Notes: a model not told the origin generated them from the sequence alone. Numbered from the stretch's first letter, positions 41,252 to 55,374 are shown. The stretch is 64,000 bases of DNA from Octopus vulgaris (GCA_951406725.2 OX597826.1:27280001-27344000), one strand, 5' to 3'. Program-made: numbers and translations.

Positions 41252-42972
41252 TTGACGAAACAGTTTCCGTCCTACAATTTCTACTCACGTCGCATTGACC
41301 AACTAGAAGCAATGTTCAACGAGAAATACCTGCCCGTTGTGCGAAACATCACTTAACAAACCCAGATCTACGGTAACTGCAATACCAGTTTCTTAAACAC
41401 ATAACCGTAACTGCATTCGTATTCGTTAAAATCCATTCTAACCAATACGGACGCTGCAATTCTATTTTTAACATTTGTAGACTTGACTGCGCTAGACTAT
41501 TCAATTAGCAATTTTATGTTTCTCGAGATATTCTATTCAGACTCGTTGTACATTTTCCATAAACGATAGAAACAAAGTCGTTTCCTATTGCCAATCCTTT
41601 TAGGCTTGGATTAATTAAATTCCACTAAGCCTTCATAACATATTAGTATTTTCTTGGAAATCTAATTCTATTTGATATCGCTAACCAGAGACATTTCTTT
41701 TTATGCTTAATAATTTTCTCTTAACGTTTTTCGTCTGTTGCTCAAAGACAATTTCTTGAATTTCAAATTTGATCTCATAAGGGAAGCATTGTAATCGTAG
41801 TGACAGGTATTATTAACAACATGGAATATTGGAATATTTGGGATACAAGTTCTTCAACTATTGGAATATTCTGGATACAAGTTCTTCAAATAATCTTAAG
41901 CATTTTCTTTTCTTTTTTTTTTTTTTTTTGACATAAACGATTTTGTTTGGAAAATTTATTAAAATTATAAAATAAATACGTTTCGGTCGGAAAAGGTATG
42001 TGCTCAATGACGATCAAATTAGATGCAATTATAGCAGTATCGAAACTATTTATGAAGATGATCTGATTTAGTTTCTATTGCATCTTGGAAATGGGACACA
42101 GCCCATAGCCTTGTTAGACAATCTTACAACGAAGGGTTTAGTGCAGTGAATGCCTATGACGAACCCTCGTGTATCACCGCCAGAAAAATAAGAGAAGCAA
42201 TTCAGGGGCCGATTAATGTCCTAAGACGGATGAGCTGGGCGTGGGGATTAGTCCAAGGGCAAGAAGGGTTGGAGACAACAAGTGTTATGAAAGGACGAGA
42301 AACCTCGAGTTGGAGGATAATGCATGAGTAAAGAGTGTATGAGTTCAGAAAGTTCTGAGCATCAGATTTCATTATAGTAACTGTAGAAAGACGGTGAGGG
42401 AAGACTGCAAGCCTCTGAGTATCTGTGAGAAGAATTTTATGCCAGGCAAATGGGTCTTTACTGGGTGACATCTAGGATGTTTGTACATTCCACAGTAGTT
42501 CCATCCCAGATTTGAGAGCAATATTTTGCTGCGGTTTATTGATTTCTGATGAAGTAATTAAGAGAAAAAAAAATTATAAGCTACTAATGTGGTCGAAGCA
42601 TACGACTTGTCGATTAATCGATCCTGTAAAGTTTAGTGCGAAGTACAAATAATCCAAAATGGTTAGAATACATATAGAAATCGTTGGTATGAAAGTAAAC
42701 AATATGAAAAGCCGATGTATGGGAGTATTTACAGCGGAATTGCAAGAAAAAGCATCGATATTGCTCTCAAGTCACATCCTACTGTCTTAAATGGAGAGGG
42801 ATACTTCGGAAATGCCCCTTATCTTCAATGAAACAAAAGAACGAAACAACTAGAATACCTTCCGTCTCACTCACTAACTTTCTCTCTCTCACACACACAC
42901 ACACACACGCATACACACACATGCATACATACATATACATGCATATATAAGCATAGTCACACATATGTATGT

Positions 42973-43049
<77 letters not shown>

Positions 43050-44210
43050 ACTATACATACATTCGTATATATGCACATGTCAAGACACGTAGCTACATGT
43101 ATGACAATATATTTATAAAACAAAATATGAATTTGCTCATACACTGGCTCCAAATACTGCATACATACGACAAGCATGGTAAATACCCCGTTTATGTTGA
43201 AATTCCCATGATGGAACCATGGTTAGAAACCGATTCTTCTCTATTGGGAAGATATCTTGAACTAAAACTGAATAACATTCATAGGTCTATTACTCATAGA
43301 GCGTGGGAGAGAGAGAGAGAGAGAGAGAGCGCGCGTGTGTGTGTGTACATGTGTATGAATATCTTCATATGTTGCTGTGTGTGTAGGTGATCTTACAATA
43401 CCTAAGACATCTAGTTACTACAATCGCAGAACATGCGTTTCAAGTGCATCTCTCCATAATGTTCAAGTGATCGTCAGATGCATCTATACAGCAGCCATCT
43501 GACTAGTACAAGTGTGAAAATAACGTCGTAACGCTGACATTGTAATCGGCCTTTGGAGAGAGGCTGGAGATGGTGTTAGTGATGGCGATAAAAGTATTGG
43601 TAACTATTATTGCGGTAGTAGTGTCAGTGATTATGTTGGTGGTGGGGATTGTCATGTTAGTAGTGCTGTTGGAGGTCGTGTTGGTGTTAGAGTTAATGTT
43701 GGAGTCAGTATGGTGACAATGATTATTACAAAGTGTCTTTGTGGTAGTGGTAATGATGAAGGTGGAGATATTTGGGGTAAAGGTCGTGGTGGTGAAATGA
43801 TGGCGGTGAAATGATCACGTTTGTAGTGGTGGCGATGTCGATGGTAGAGATAGTTATATGCGTAACTATGTTGGATATGGTATTGTTGGCATAGGTGCCG
43901 GTTTGATGGTGGTATTGGTGGTAGTGGTGGTGATGGTGTAGAAGTTGGCGGTGCTGCTCTTTGTGGCGGAGATAATGACGATGAGGTTTGTGCTAGCGGT
44001 AATGAGGAGGGTAGTGATAGGACTCATGGTGGTGATGGTTGTGGTGGATGCGGTGTCAGCAATGGTAGTGGTCGTGTTAAGAGCAGTAGTGGGAGTGATG
44101 GTTTAGTGGTGGTAGTGGTGGTAGCGGTGATGGAGCTGCTGCTGCTGGTTTCATTGATGCCTGTCACTGGTCTGATTTAATTCTTGAATACGAAGGAAAG
44201 GTATAATTAC

Positions 44211-44306
44211 CATTGGAGGTGTTTCTGGGTGTTTGCTGGATGTTTGCCGGGTGCAACGCTTTGTAGAATGGAAGTTTTGCATTCGCTGTGGTCAATGATG
44301 TTCATA
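44211..44306 (-). CDS. Candidate 96-nt (or 114-nt, to 44324) symmetric phase-2 exon
   Basis: Acceptor ctctttcag (alternative acgacag), donor gtaatt; single open frame MNIIDHSECKTSILQSVAPGKHPANTQKHLQ; a unique-sequence island between low-complexity tracts. Confidence 0.35.
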
Positions 44307-45267
44307 CTGAAAGAGCGGCCATATCTGTCGTGCTTCGTTGCCAAGAGAAGCGTAATGAAGGACATAGTGAGAAAGGAATGCTTTGTAGGTTTAAGACTGT
44401 CAGATGCAACACCAACAGCATCGCCATTAACGACAAATATCATCAACCGGGGTGACATCGGCAACAGTACTAATACCAATAACAATAAACTTGTTATGAA
44501 ACCCCTAAATAGGCAATGTCATCGCTATGTTGACATCACCATCATCGACGCTATCAGCAGCGCAAGCTGTCTCCGGCATCGAGCGCTGCTGCCCGTCACC
44601 AGTACCGAAGGCCGGTCCCAACCCCGCAACCTTCCTCGGCACTGCAGTCTCCCTCCCCCAAAACCGCGGCTACACCGCAAACCAGTAACATTTATACTAA
44701 TACTTTTATCATCGCCGCCGTCAGCCTGTCCATTGCTACCACCAGCGCTACCTCCACATCAACATAGTTACTACCACCGTCGTTACCACAATATATACCA
44801 CCGTTACTGCCTCTACCACTACCACAAATATCACCACCATGATATCCACCACTTGTACAACAACCAAAACCAATACCACCGGCGCCACCACCATTACTGC
44901 CACTGTCACCTTCACCACTACAGCCAACATATATTACCAATACCACCACCACAACCACTACCACAACCATCACAGCAACCACCACTACCATTGCTATTAT
45001 GAGCATTACGACCACAACCACAAATACCACCACGCTCACTATAACGAACCACCACCGCAAACACCACGACGACTACCACTACCACCCGTCCACAACACCA
45101 CCACAACTGCTACCACCTCCACTGCCGCCGCTACCTTTCTCAGTGCCATCTCAAACGTGTTGGATTCCAATTAAGACGGCAACAAATGAATAATGAGTTT
45201 GATTCTTAATTACGATCTCAGCAAGGAAATCAAGCAGAACAACTTCACAACGCATAGCACCAGGTCG

Positions 45268-45278
45268 CTACCACCACC

Positions 45279-45334
<56 letters not shown>

Positions 45335-45390
45335 CATCACCACCACTACTACTACCACCACCACCACTACTACTACCACCACCACCACTG

Positions 45391-45435
<45 letters not shown>

Positions 45436-45436
45436 T

Positions 45437-45473
<37 letters not shown>

Positions 45474-45840
45474 GCTGCAGCTGTTCCTGCGGCTACTGCT
45501 GCTCCTATATCTACTGCTACATGTATCCAACTGCTACTACTACTACTAATACTACTGCTGCTGCTGCTACTACTACGACTAATACTACTACTGTTGCTGC
45601 TACTACTACTACTAATACTACTGCTGCTGCTACTACTACTACTACTGCTGCTGATGCTGTTACTGCTGCTGCTGCCACTACCACTACTACTACAACGATA
45701 ACTGCTACTACTACTCTGTGACCGCTATGTTGCTACCACCACCCCTACTACTATTACCACTACTTCTAATGCAGCTACCGTTACTACAACTACTACTATT
45801 ACAACAGCTATGCTACCACAACCACTACTACCGCTGCTGA
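45268..45840. repeat. (ACT)n/(ACC)n/(GCT)n compound microsatellite
   Basis: Directly visible. Confidence 0.93.
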
Positions 45841-46288
45841 TGCTCATGTTGAGTGTCTACATGGTCCAATGATCTGCTAGAAACACTGCTGAAACTCTTA
45901 CTTATTTGTTAAACAACACGTTGTATAATGTAGACCAGTGGGGCGTTCGCTTCTCCAACAATCCGTTTTACTACCATGTCTCTAAAATTGAACCTGTTCG
46001 TTAATTTCGAAATGGTTACAGTAATTGTGAGAATAGCACAAATTGTTGAATACCGAAGTAAATGTCTTCATTAGTTTAATTCTCGATGTATATTTTGCCC
46101 ACACTTTCTGTATATTTTGCCCACAATTTACGTATCCTATTCGCGCCATAGTTGAATTTCTTTGTCCTTCTGATAGCGATGAAGTAAATATCAAATATGT
46201 ATTGGTATTGATTCTTTTTGATGAATATAGAAATATATCCAAATAAATAACGTCAATGAAAATTATCATTACGAAAAATTATTATTAT

Positions 46289-46823
46289 TGAGTGAGAGAG
46301 CAGTGCATGCCATCAAAGTGACACTAGGGTAAAATATACGAAGCCCAGTATACCCATCATGACTACCCGTCTGATAAGGGTACACTAGGCACATGCATCA
46401 CAACCATATGTGCGCGACAAGGTGATCTCATATCAAGACAAACAGCACATGACCTTACAGGTGGGGGCCCAGTTAGAATTTTCTTCTAAACGAGTAACCT
46501 ATCCCGCTCAAAAGGTCCCTGAATAAGGGTTGTTTAAAGACGTTGAACAAACCACGCATGCTTCCAGAGGTGAATTATTCAAACCCCACAGAATCCCTCT
46601 CAACACATAGCTATCATGCTCCCCCAATACTTCTGTTCGTTATCAGAGATGCACATATCATCAGCCACTAAGGGATATGCTCGACGGAAAAGGTCAAGCA
46701 ACTGACAAGCAAATCTGTGGCAGTACCAGGCAGTGGCTCTCAGGGCTTCTGATCTTAACTGATTGGCAGTGTTATCATGTATATTGTTTTGTCTTGGTAT
46801 AAAAGATGGGATACAGCAAATAT
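46289..46823 (-). mobile_element. About 500-bp (TAA)n-tailed non-coding retroposon with inverted 5' segment
   Basis: 46289-46720 matches 46838-47270; 46721-46823 is the reverse complement of the continuation seen at 51048-51150. Confidence 0.8.
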
Positions 46824-46837
46824 TATTATTATTATTG

Positions 46838-47300
46838 AGTGAGAGAGCAGTGTATGCCATCAAAGTGACACTGGGGTAAAATATACGAAGCCCAATATAC
46901 CCATCATGACTACCCGTCTGATAAGGGTACACCAGGCACATGTATCACAACCATATGTGCGCGACATGGTGATCTCATATCAAGATAAACAGCACATGAC
47001 CTTGCAGGTGGGGCCCAGTTAGAATTTTCTTCAGGTTGAGTAGCCCATCCCGCTCAAAAGGTCCCTGAATAAGGGTTGTTTAAGGATGTTGAAAGAACCA
47101 CCCATGTTTCCAGAGGTGAATTATTCAAACCCCAAAGAATCCCTCTCAACACATGGCTATGATGCTCCCCCACTACTTCTGCTCGTGATCAGAGATGCAC
47201 ATATCGTCAGCCACTAAGGGACATGCTCAACTGGTTAAGGTCAAACAACTGACAAGCAAATCTGTGGTATTGAGCAGAATATTTGCTGTAGCCCATCTTT
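46838..47300 (-). mobile_element. Second copy of the same retroposon, fused to the LINE fragment
   Basis: Direct repeat of 46289-46720; begins at (TTA)n. Confidence 0.85.
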
Positions 47301-47302
47301 AT

Positions 47303-49211
47303 TCTTTTTCTGTTGTTATTCTTGCCATCGTTTTATCATGGTTCGTTGCTGTTCTATTTTTAGTTTGGATTTCATTTGTTTTATAGCTTTTGTTGTTTCT
47401 TCATCTTCTTCTTCTTCTTCTTCTTCTTCTTCGTGTTTATTTGGTGGTATGATTTCTTGTTTGTATTTGTCAGCTTCCTTAAATACTGAGAACAGTTTTT
47501 TGTTTTGCTCGTGTTTTGCCGCTATCTGGATCAGTTTTCCTTCCTTTTGAAGTAGATATTTTTGCAGTCCTATGGTGGTTATTTTATAGTAGTTTTCCAG
47601 CTGTATAAGGCCTCTGCCACCTTCTATACGTTGTATATATAGTCTTTCAATGTCAGATTTTGTGTGATGCATCCTAGATCCTGTCATTATTTTTCTTGTT
47701 TTCCTATCTATTTTGGTCAGTTCATTTCGTGTCCAATTAAGGATATTGTAGCTGTAACTTATAACTGGGACAGCTAAAGTGTTGATACCTATTATCTTGT
47801 TTTTAGCATTGAGCTCTGTTTTTAGTATTGATCTAACTCGTCTATAATATTCTTTTTTTATTTTCTCTTTCATTTGTGTGTGTTGTGTCTTATCTAGTTC
47901 ATGGATTCCTAAGTATTTGTAAGTTTGGCTTTGGTCTAATTCTTTTATTTCATTGGTTTTATCTAGTGTGATGTTGTTACTCTTAACTAGTTTTCCTCTT
48001 TTCATGGTTACTTTGGCGCATTTTTCTAATCCAAATTTCATATCTATTTCTTTGGTAAATCCATGAACTGTCTTTAATAGTGTTTCCAGCTGTTTGTCAT
48101 TTGCAGCGTATAGTTTTAGGTCATCCATATATAACAGGAGGCTGATCGTTTTGCCGTAACATTTATATCCGCATCCGGTTCTATTTAGTATATCAGATAG
48201 AGGTGACAGTGCCAAGCAGAAAAGGAGTGGAGATAGCGTATCTCCCTGGAATATTCCTCTTCTAATGGGGATGTCTTTGGTTTTCATGAGTCCCTCTTTT
48301 GTTTGGAGGTATAGGACTGTTTGCCATTTATTCATAGAGTGCTCTGTGAATTTTATGATTGTTGGTGCTACTTTGTTAATGGCTAGTGTTTCGAGGATCC
48401 ATGTGTGGGGGATGCTATCAAACGCCTTTTTGTAGTCAATCCAGGCCATACTGAGGCCTTTCTTCTTTCTGTGGCTGTCTTCAGTTACGGCTTAATTAAT
48501 CATTAGTTGATCTTTACAGCCATATGAGCCTTTGCGGCATCCTTTCTGCTCTTCTGGGAACAGTTTGTTTTCGTCCAGGTGCTTGTTCAGCCTTTGCGAT
48601 ATCACTGCAGTAAATGCCTTGAACATAGTAGGGAGGCAGGTTATTGGTCTGTAGTTTTCTGGTTTTTCTGTTTCATTTGATTTGGGAATTAAGATGGTTT
48701 TCCCTTCGTGAGCCATTCAGGCATTGTCTCTGGCTCTGCTAGTATGTTGTTAAAGTTTTCAGCCAGCTTTTTGTGCATTCCTGTTAGATATTTCAACCAG
48801 AAGTTGGGGATCTTGTCATGCCCAGGTGCCTTCCAGTTGCTTAGTCTTTGCAGTGCCTGGGTGACCTCTTCAGTTGTTATGGGTGTCTAAAGTTGTTCAG
48901 ATGCCGAGTTTGTTATTTTGATACTCCTTTTTTTTGGTTCTTCGTTCGCCGACCATATTTCTCCCCAGAATTCTTCCAATTCTTCTGCCGTTGGTGCTGC
49001 AGTGACTTCTATTTTATTTTTGCCCAGTTCTTGGTAGAACTTTTTGGGGTTGGAGTTGAACATTTTGTTTTGTTCAAAGAAGCGTTGGCGTTTCTCGTAC
49101 CGGTGGATCCTTTGTGCTTTGGCAAGGATATCTTGCTTCAGCTTTTCTTTTATCTCAGGCAAATCTTTCTCTGTGATGTTATATTTGCGGAGTATTTTTG
49201 TTCTCTTTTTG

Positions 49212-49213
<2 letters not shown>
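47303..49213 (-). pseudogene. R4/Dong-like non-LTR retrotransposon reverse transcriptase fragment, frameshifted
   Basis: LSNWKAPGHDKIPNFWLK, PENYRPITCLPTMFK, EEQKGCRKGSYGCKDQL, WIDYKKAFDSIPH, GIFQGDTLSPLLF, LLYMDDLKLY, YKYLGI, GGRGL. Confidence 0.92.
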
Positions 49214-49214
<1 letters not shown>

Positions 49215-49277
<63 letters not shown>

Positions 49278-49280
49278 TTC

Positions 49281-49357
<77 letters not shown>
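49215..49357. repeat. (TTA)n tract at LINE 3' end
   Basis: Directly visible. Confidence 0.95.
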
Positions 49358-49359
<2 letters not shown>

Positions 49360-50356
49360 TATTATTATTTTTATAGCGTGCTTTCACTTCACTACCGAGC
49401 GCAGCTCTGTGTGCCTTGGGTATGTGCTGTGATTTGTTGTGATGCTCTGATGGTTATTGTATGGAAAGTGTTCTACGTAGGATGTGTGCAGTGCCTAGTA
49501 GTGCAATTTTCTGTATGTTATATGTGTTTGTAAGTCCTGGTGTTTTTGTTATGTATTTGTCTGAATATTTTTTATCATGCCTAATGCACCTACTATGATA
49601 GGAATTGTTTCTGTTTTCAGGTTCCACATTCTAGTTATCTCTATTTCCAAGTCTTTGTATTTTGAGAGCTTCTCCATTTCTTTTAGAGACACGTTGTCAT
49701 CAGCCGGTATTGATACATCAATTAGAAAGCATTTTTTTCTTCATGATCTCTGACAACTATATCTGGTCTGTTGGCCTTAATTTCTCTATCTGTGTGTATC
49801 GGCATATCCCAGAGTATGGTTGCTTTCTCGTTTTCTGTGACCTTTTCTGGTGTATGCCTATACCATCTTTTTTCTGTTGTTATTCCATAATGTTGGCATA
49901 GCTTCCAATGTATGTAGGTTCCAACTCTGTCATGTCTGTGAATATATTCCTTCTTAGCCAGGACTGGGCAGCTAGAGATAATATGATTTATTGTTTCTTG
50001 GCCATCTCCACATATTCTGCAGTTACTTGTAATATTTCTTTTCATTACATGTTTTTGGTAATTTCTGGTGGGGAGGCTTTGGTCTTGTGCTACAATTAAA
50101 AATCCCTCTGTTTCTGCTTTGAGTCCTGAGCTTCTCAACCATTGCTGGGATTTTTCTTTGTCTATTTCTTTTGCGTTTAGTTTAGTGCAGTATTTACCAT
50201 GAAGGGGCTTTTCTTGCCATCGTTTTATCATGGCTCGTTGCTGTTCTATTTTTAGTTTGGATTTCATTTGTTTTATAGCTTTTGTTGTTTCTTCATCATC
50301 TTCTTCTTCTTCTTTGTGTTTATTAGGTGGTATGATTTCTTGTTTGTATTTGTCTT
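49358..50356 (-). pseudogene. 3' fragment of the same R4/Dong-like LINE: CCHC knuckle, restriction-like endonuclease and 3' UTR
   Basis: CRICGDGQETINHIISSC, RHDRV, ILWD...TDREIKANRPDIVV, then (frameshifted) [13 protein letters not shown]...PIIVGALG...LLGTAHILRRTL-stop; ends in (TAA)n. Confidence 0.92.
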
Positions 50357-50391
50357 TATTATTATTATTTGTCTTTATTATTGTATTTGTC

Positions 50392-50660
<269 letters not shown>

Positions 50661-50669
50661 CAATACTAT

Positions 50670-51160
50670 TGAGGGAGAGAACACAGCATGCCATCAAAAT
50701 GAACCTGGGGTACAAATATACGAAGCTTAATTTACTTATCATGACTACCCGTCTGCACAAAAGGATGGTCTTATTTCAGGATAAGGAGCGCATGACCTTG
50801 CAGGTGGAGACCTGTTTGAAATTTCAAAAGGTCCCTGAATAGGGGTTGTTTAAGGATGATGGATGAAACACCCATGTTTCCAGAGGTGAATTATTCAAAC
50901 CCCAAAGAATTCTTCTCAACACATGGCTATGATGCTCCCCCACTACTTATGCTCGTGATCAGAGATGCACATATCGTCAGCCACAAAGGGACATGCTCAG
51001 CTGGCTACGGACAAACAAGTGACAAGCAAATCTGAGGTATTGGGCAGAATATCTGTGGTAGCCCATCTTTTATACCAAGACAAAGCAATGTACATGATAA
51101 CACTTCCAATCAGTTATGATCAGAAGCCATGAGATCCACAGCCTCGTACTTTCATCAGGG
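50670..51160 (-). mobile_element. Third, more diverged copy of the 500-bp retroposon, including its 5' end
   Basis: Matches 46838-47300 with internal deletions. Confidence 0.8.
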
Positions 51161-51332
51161 TTTTTTCGTCTTCTTCTTCTTCTTCTTCTTCTTCTTCTTC
51201 TTCTTGTCCAGATAGTTTCAGGTTGGTGGTATTGAACTCAATGCTCTGATGACAGCAGGAACAACCTTTATTTTTGACTCTCGTAACAACCACAGCCTGG
51301 TAATCTCCCTTTTCAAGTTTCCTTTGGGTACG

Positions 51333-51387
51333 CTTGTTTGTCCCTCCTAAAGACTACTAAATCCGGTCTTTAAGAGGGACAAGCAGG
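51333..51387. repeat. Short inverted repeat with 22-bp arms
   Basis: cttgtttgtccctcctaaagac versus gtctttaagagggacaagcagg, 11-nt loop. Confidence 0.7.
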
Positions 51388-51585
51388 AAAGCGTATTATT
51401 CCTGTGCCGTCAGCCAGAGAAGTAACACTTGACCTCAGCTCCGCATTCTTTTTTCGAGAATTTTTAGTTTTCTCCAGAATATAACTGCTTTCTTGTTATT
51501 TTCCTACACCCGTCAAATTTACTAGACTCGTGCCTAAATTAAAACTAATTACTTGAAGTAAAGCTAAATTTATTTATAGCAATAA

Positions 51586-51617
<32 letters not shown>

Positions 51618-51689
51618 TAGTAGTAGTAGTAGTAGTAGCAGCAGCAGCAACAGCAGCAGCAGCAGTAGTAGTAGTAGTAGTAGTAGTAA

Positions 51690-51720
<31 letters not shown>

Positions 51721-51944
51721 TAAAATGTTTGTGCTGTTCCTCTCAGCGTGTTGGTGGTGGTTGTATTTGAAAGAGAAATAATGCTGGTGCTAGTAGTAGT
51801 AGTAGTAGTAGTAGTAGTAGGAATAGTATTCGTAGAAGGAGGAGAGGTGGATGGAAGGAACAGCACTAAATGATGTTGGGAAAGTATGAAGTATGAAGAC
51901 GCGTCTGCCCTCCCACCATCACCCTTCGCTTTACCACATCAATG

Positions 51945-51975
<31 letters not shown>

Positions 51976-52583
51976 CAGCAACAACATCATCATCATCATC
52001 ACTACTACCACTAACACCAGCATCACCACCACCAACATCACCAGCATGATCACCAGCAATAGCATCATCACCACCACCACCAACAGCAGCAACATCATCA
52101 CCACTACCACCAACACTAGCATCACCACCACCATTACCATCAGTATCACCAACCTTATCACCACCACCCGTCACCACCACCACCACCACCACCACCACCA
52201 TCACCACCACTACCAGCATCATCACCATAACTACCACCCTCCTCATCACCCCTCCTTAGCACAGTAGACGCAGCAAGTAACATATGAGTATATATATTAA
52301 TGCTAATTACCAAGTGTCAATGGATCAGATGGTAGAAGTGGTGAAATGAATATTAATTGATGAATGCTTGTAAATAATAAATAATTATGATGTGAGACAG
52401 ACACAACTAATGCATCAATATTTACTGGGGTATTCATTCTGCATCTGCCGAAAAAATATTTAAATACGTGTCTATGTGTGCAAGTGCGTGCGTGTCCAGG
52501 TGTGTATCTGAATGAGTTTGTGTGCATATATATATATATATGTATGTATGCACATGATATATACATATAAATATATATATAAA

Positions 52584-52643
<60 letters not shown>

Positions 52644-52657
52644 TATACACATACACA

Positions 52658-52767
52658 CGAGGGGGTGTATGAAAAGTCTTAAATCTCAAAAAAAAACAAG
52701 GCTTTTGTACAAGACTTGTGAGGAAAGTGTAAGACTTCAAGGCTCAAGACTTTTTATACACCCCTCG
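52658..52767. mobile_element. 110-bp mariner-type MITE
   Basis: TIRs cgagggggtgtatgaaaagtctt / aagactttttatacacccctcg; TA flanks degenerate. Confidence 0.75.
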
Positions 52768-53073
52768 TTTACGCACACACACACACACGCACACACATGT
52801 ACACACACACACGTACGCACACACAGACACACGCACACACAGACACACACACAAACATATATATATATATATATGTAAAACTTTAAACTTTTATTTGTTT
52901 TAAGTCGAACAATTCGACCCCGGGACTTATCATTTTCAAAGCCGGTGTTTATTCTGTTGGTTATTTTTGCTGAACTGCTAAGTTACGGGGATGTAAACAC
53001 ACCAACGACAGTTATGACCATTAGTGGAGGACAAACACAAATATAGACACACTCATAAATACACAAAGACACA

Positions 53074-53114
<41 letters not shown>

Positions 53115-53121
<7 letters not shown>

Positions 53122-54020
53122 TGTACTTACATACAAGGCCAAAGAGGGTACGGGGGCCGCTATATATATTATTATATGTAGAAAAATACAAACTGGGACA
53201 CGAACGTAAGACATTTAGGAGACGATACCAAAAAACACGGACGGGCCATTCGAAACCTTCAATCTTCAGTCAAGAACCGGATCATCCTCGCAATTTCGGC
53301 TGATTAATCTTGAGATCGCTCCGATCCGGCCAACCCCAAGGAAAAACTAAGCTACGAGCATTAGATTTCTTGGAAAAAGGATCGAATTTATACGAAACAA
53401 GGACAGAAAAACGGACGATGCCACACGAATATAAATACAAAAATCAATAATAGTAATTACAGGACAAAAACAGCGGGTGTCTTACGACTATAGACAGTAC
53501 AACTTAGTTTAGCTGGCGTATTTGGAAAAAAATGCCTTTATCGGCAGACGAAGAAAACAATGTTCTCATGGTGCTGGTCAGAAACCGAAAGGCTGGTTGA
53601 CCAGCGGTCACGTGAGAGGAGAAGAGAGAGTAAAAATGGGGGCAAAGGAATCAAAGAGGGAGAGAAAAAGAGGGGCGAAGGCACCAAAGGGGGGAGAAGA
53701 GAGAGAAAGAAGGAATTAAAGAGTGGAGAAGAAAGAGAGCATGCCAAGGATTGGCTTGGCGACAGTGAGGTGCAAAGTGAGAAAGACAGAGAAATGTGAG
53801 AGAGTGGGGGAAGAGGAGACCAAAGAATTAGAGGCAAGAAAAGAGAAAAGGAGGAGGAGAAGTAGAGAGAGAGAGAGAGAAAGAGACAGATCAAAGTAGA
53901 GTGCAAAGTGTGAAAGGCAGAGAAATGTAGGAGAGAGAGACAGTGTTATAGAGTCGTATCAAATTTAAAGAAATATGTACTTACATACAAGGCCAAAGAG
54001 GGTACGGGCACCGCTATATA
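53115..54020 (-). mobile_element. Non-coding element bounded by 52-bp direct repeats in (TA)n (PLE/retrozyme-like partial tandem)
   Basis: agaaatatgtacttacatacaaggccaaagagggtacggg..ccgctatata at 53115-53166 and 53969-54020. Confidence 0.65.
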
Positions 54021-54049
54021 AATATATATATATATGCGTATATATGACC

Positions 54050-54195
54050 AGTTTCTTTCTACGAAATCCACTCGCAACGCCTCGGTCAGCCCGAAGCTAT
54101 TGTAGAAGACACTTGCCCAATGTACCTTGCTGTGGGACTGAACCCGGAATTATGTGGGTGGGAAACAAACTTCTTCCCATGCAGCCACGCCTATA
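54050..54195 (-). mobile_element. SINE third family, 5' part
   Basis: Matches head of 26665-27058. Confidence 0.75.
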
Positions 54196-54322
54196 CTTAC
54201 ACAGAAGTGTGACGAAAGGATTCTCATCGAAGTACAATTCTCAACGAAGTACAATTAATATGAAATAATCTGACGCAGGTGAACACATTGGCTAAATTGG
54301 CAACATGACTATCCTTAAATAC

Positions 54323-54386
<64 letters not shown>

Positions 54387-54614
54387 ATAAAGTAAAAAGT
54401 AAAATATAAAGAGTCAAAGGAAGAGCAAGAGACGGTGGGTGGACAAACACAGATACACAAATATATACATACATGCACACACACACACACGTATATTCTA
54501 CGACCTATTGGATAAGACACTTGCCAAGTTGGGACAAAACCCAAAACCATGTGGTTGAGAGGCAAGTTTTTACCACACAGCCACTCCAAATGCATGCATA
54601 CATACATACATACA

Positions 54615-54645
<31 letters not shown>

Positions 54646-54895
54646 CATGATATGCGGTGGTAGATATATGGTAGCATAACAGAAAGATACAGAGCGAAGC
54701 AAAGCAGTCGAACATGAAATATACATATTTAAATAGCAACAGATTTAAGTTAACACAATATCAGAGTGATTTAGTGTACGAAAGAGAAGTTAAGCATACT
54801 TGCACACAGAGCGTACCTACACATGTATCTTCATATACACATACACACACAGACACACGCACACACACACACACACACTCACAGACACACACACA

Positions 54896-54929
<34 letters not shown>

Positions 54930-55043
54930 TGTAGTCTTAGTTGCCGACAAGGATATTAACGTAAGCGTTTGAACAAATATGCGCATTAATTTGTAGACAC
55001 AAATTTATGACGACATACGTATGGCTATACATGCATGTCTCCA

Positions 55044-55143
<100 letters not shown>

Positions 55144-55261
55144 AGTATGTATGTATGTATATATGCATATACCATATATATTTATGTATACATATATACA
55201 TATATATATATGTATACCATATACATATTTACACATACATATACATATACATATACATATA

Positions 55262-55303
<42 letters not shown>

Positions 55304-55337
55304 TGTGTGTGTGTGTGTGTATACACATGTATGTATG

Positions 55338-55374
<37 letters not shown>

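Noticed and set aside
41289-41302. Second 14-nt microexon candidate (ttctag|...|gtgagt)
   Set aside because: Weak pyrimidine tract and adjacent to a transposon junction; expected by chance at this scale.
44184-45002. 272-aa plus-strand His/Pro/Tyr-rich ORF
   Set aside because: Mostly a translation of ACC-rich low-complexity DNA; no recognisable domain or plus-strand splice context.
46721-46790. HDV-like ribozyme or U2 snRNA similarity at the 5' end of the 500-bp element
   Set aside because: Hairpins are possible, but I could not place P1.1, P3 or the catalytic C, and the U2 resemblance is only a few bases.
53510-53548. Additional degenerate hammerhead on the minus strand
   Set aside because: Needs four or more core substitutions and has no convincing stems.
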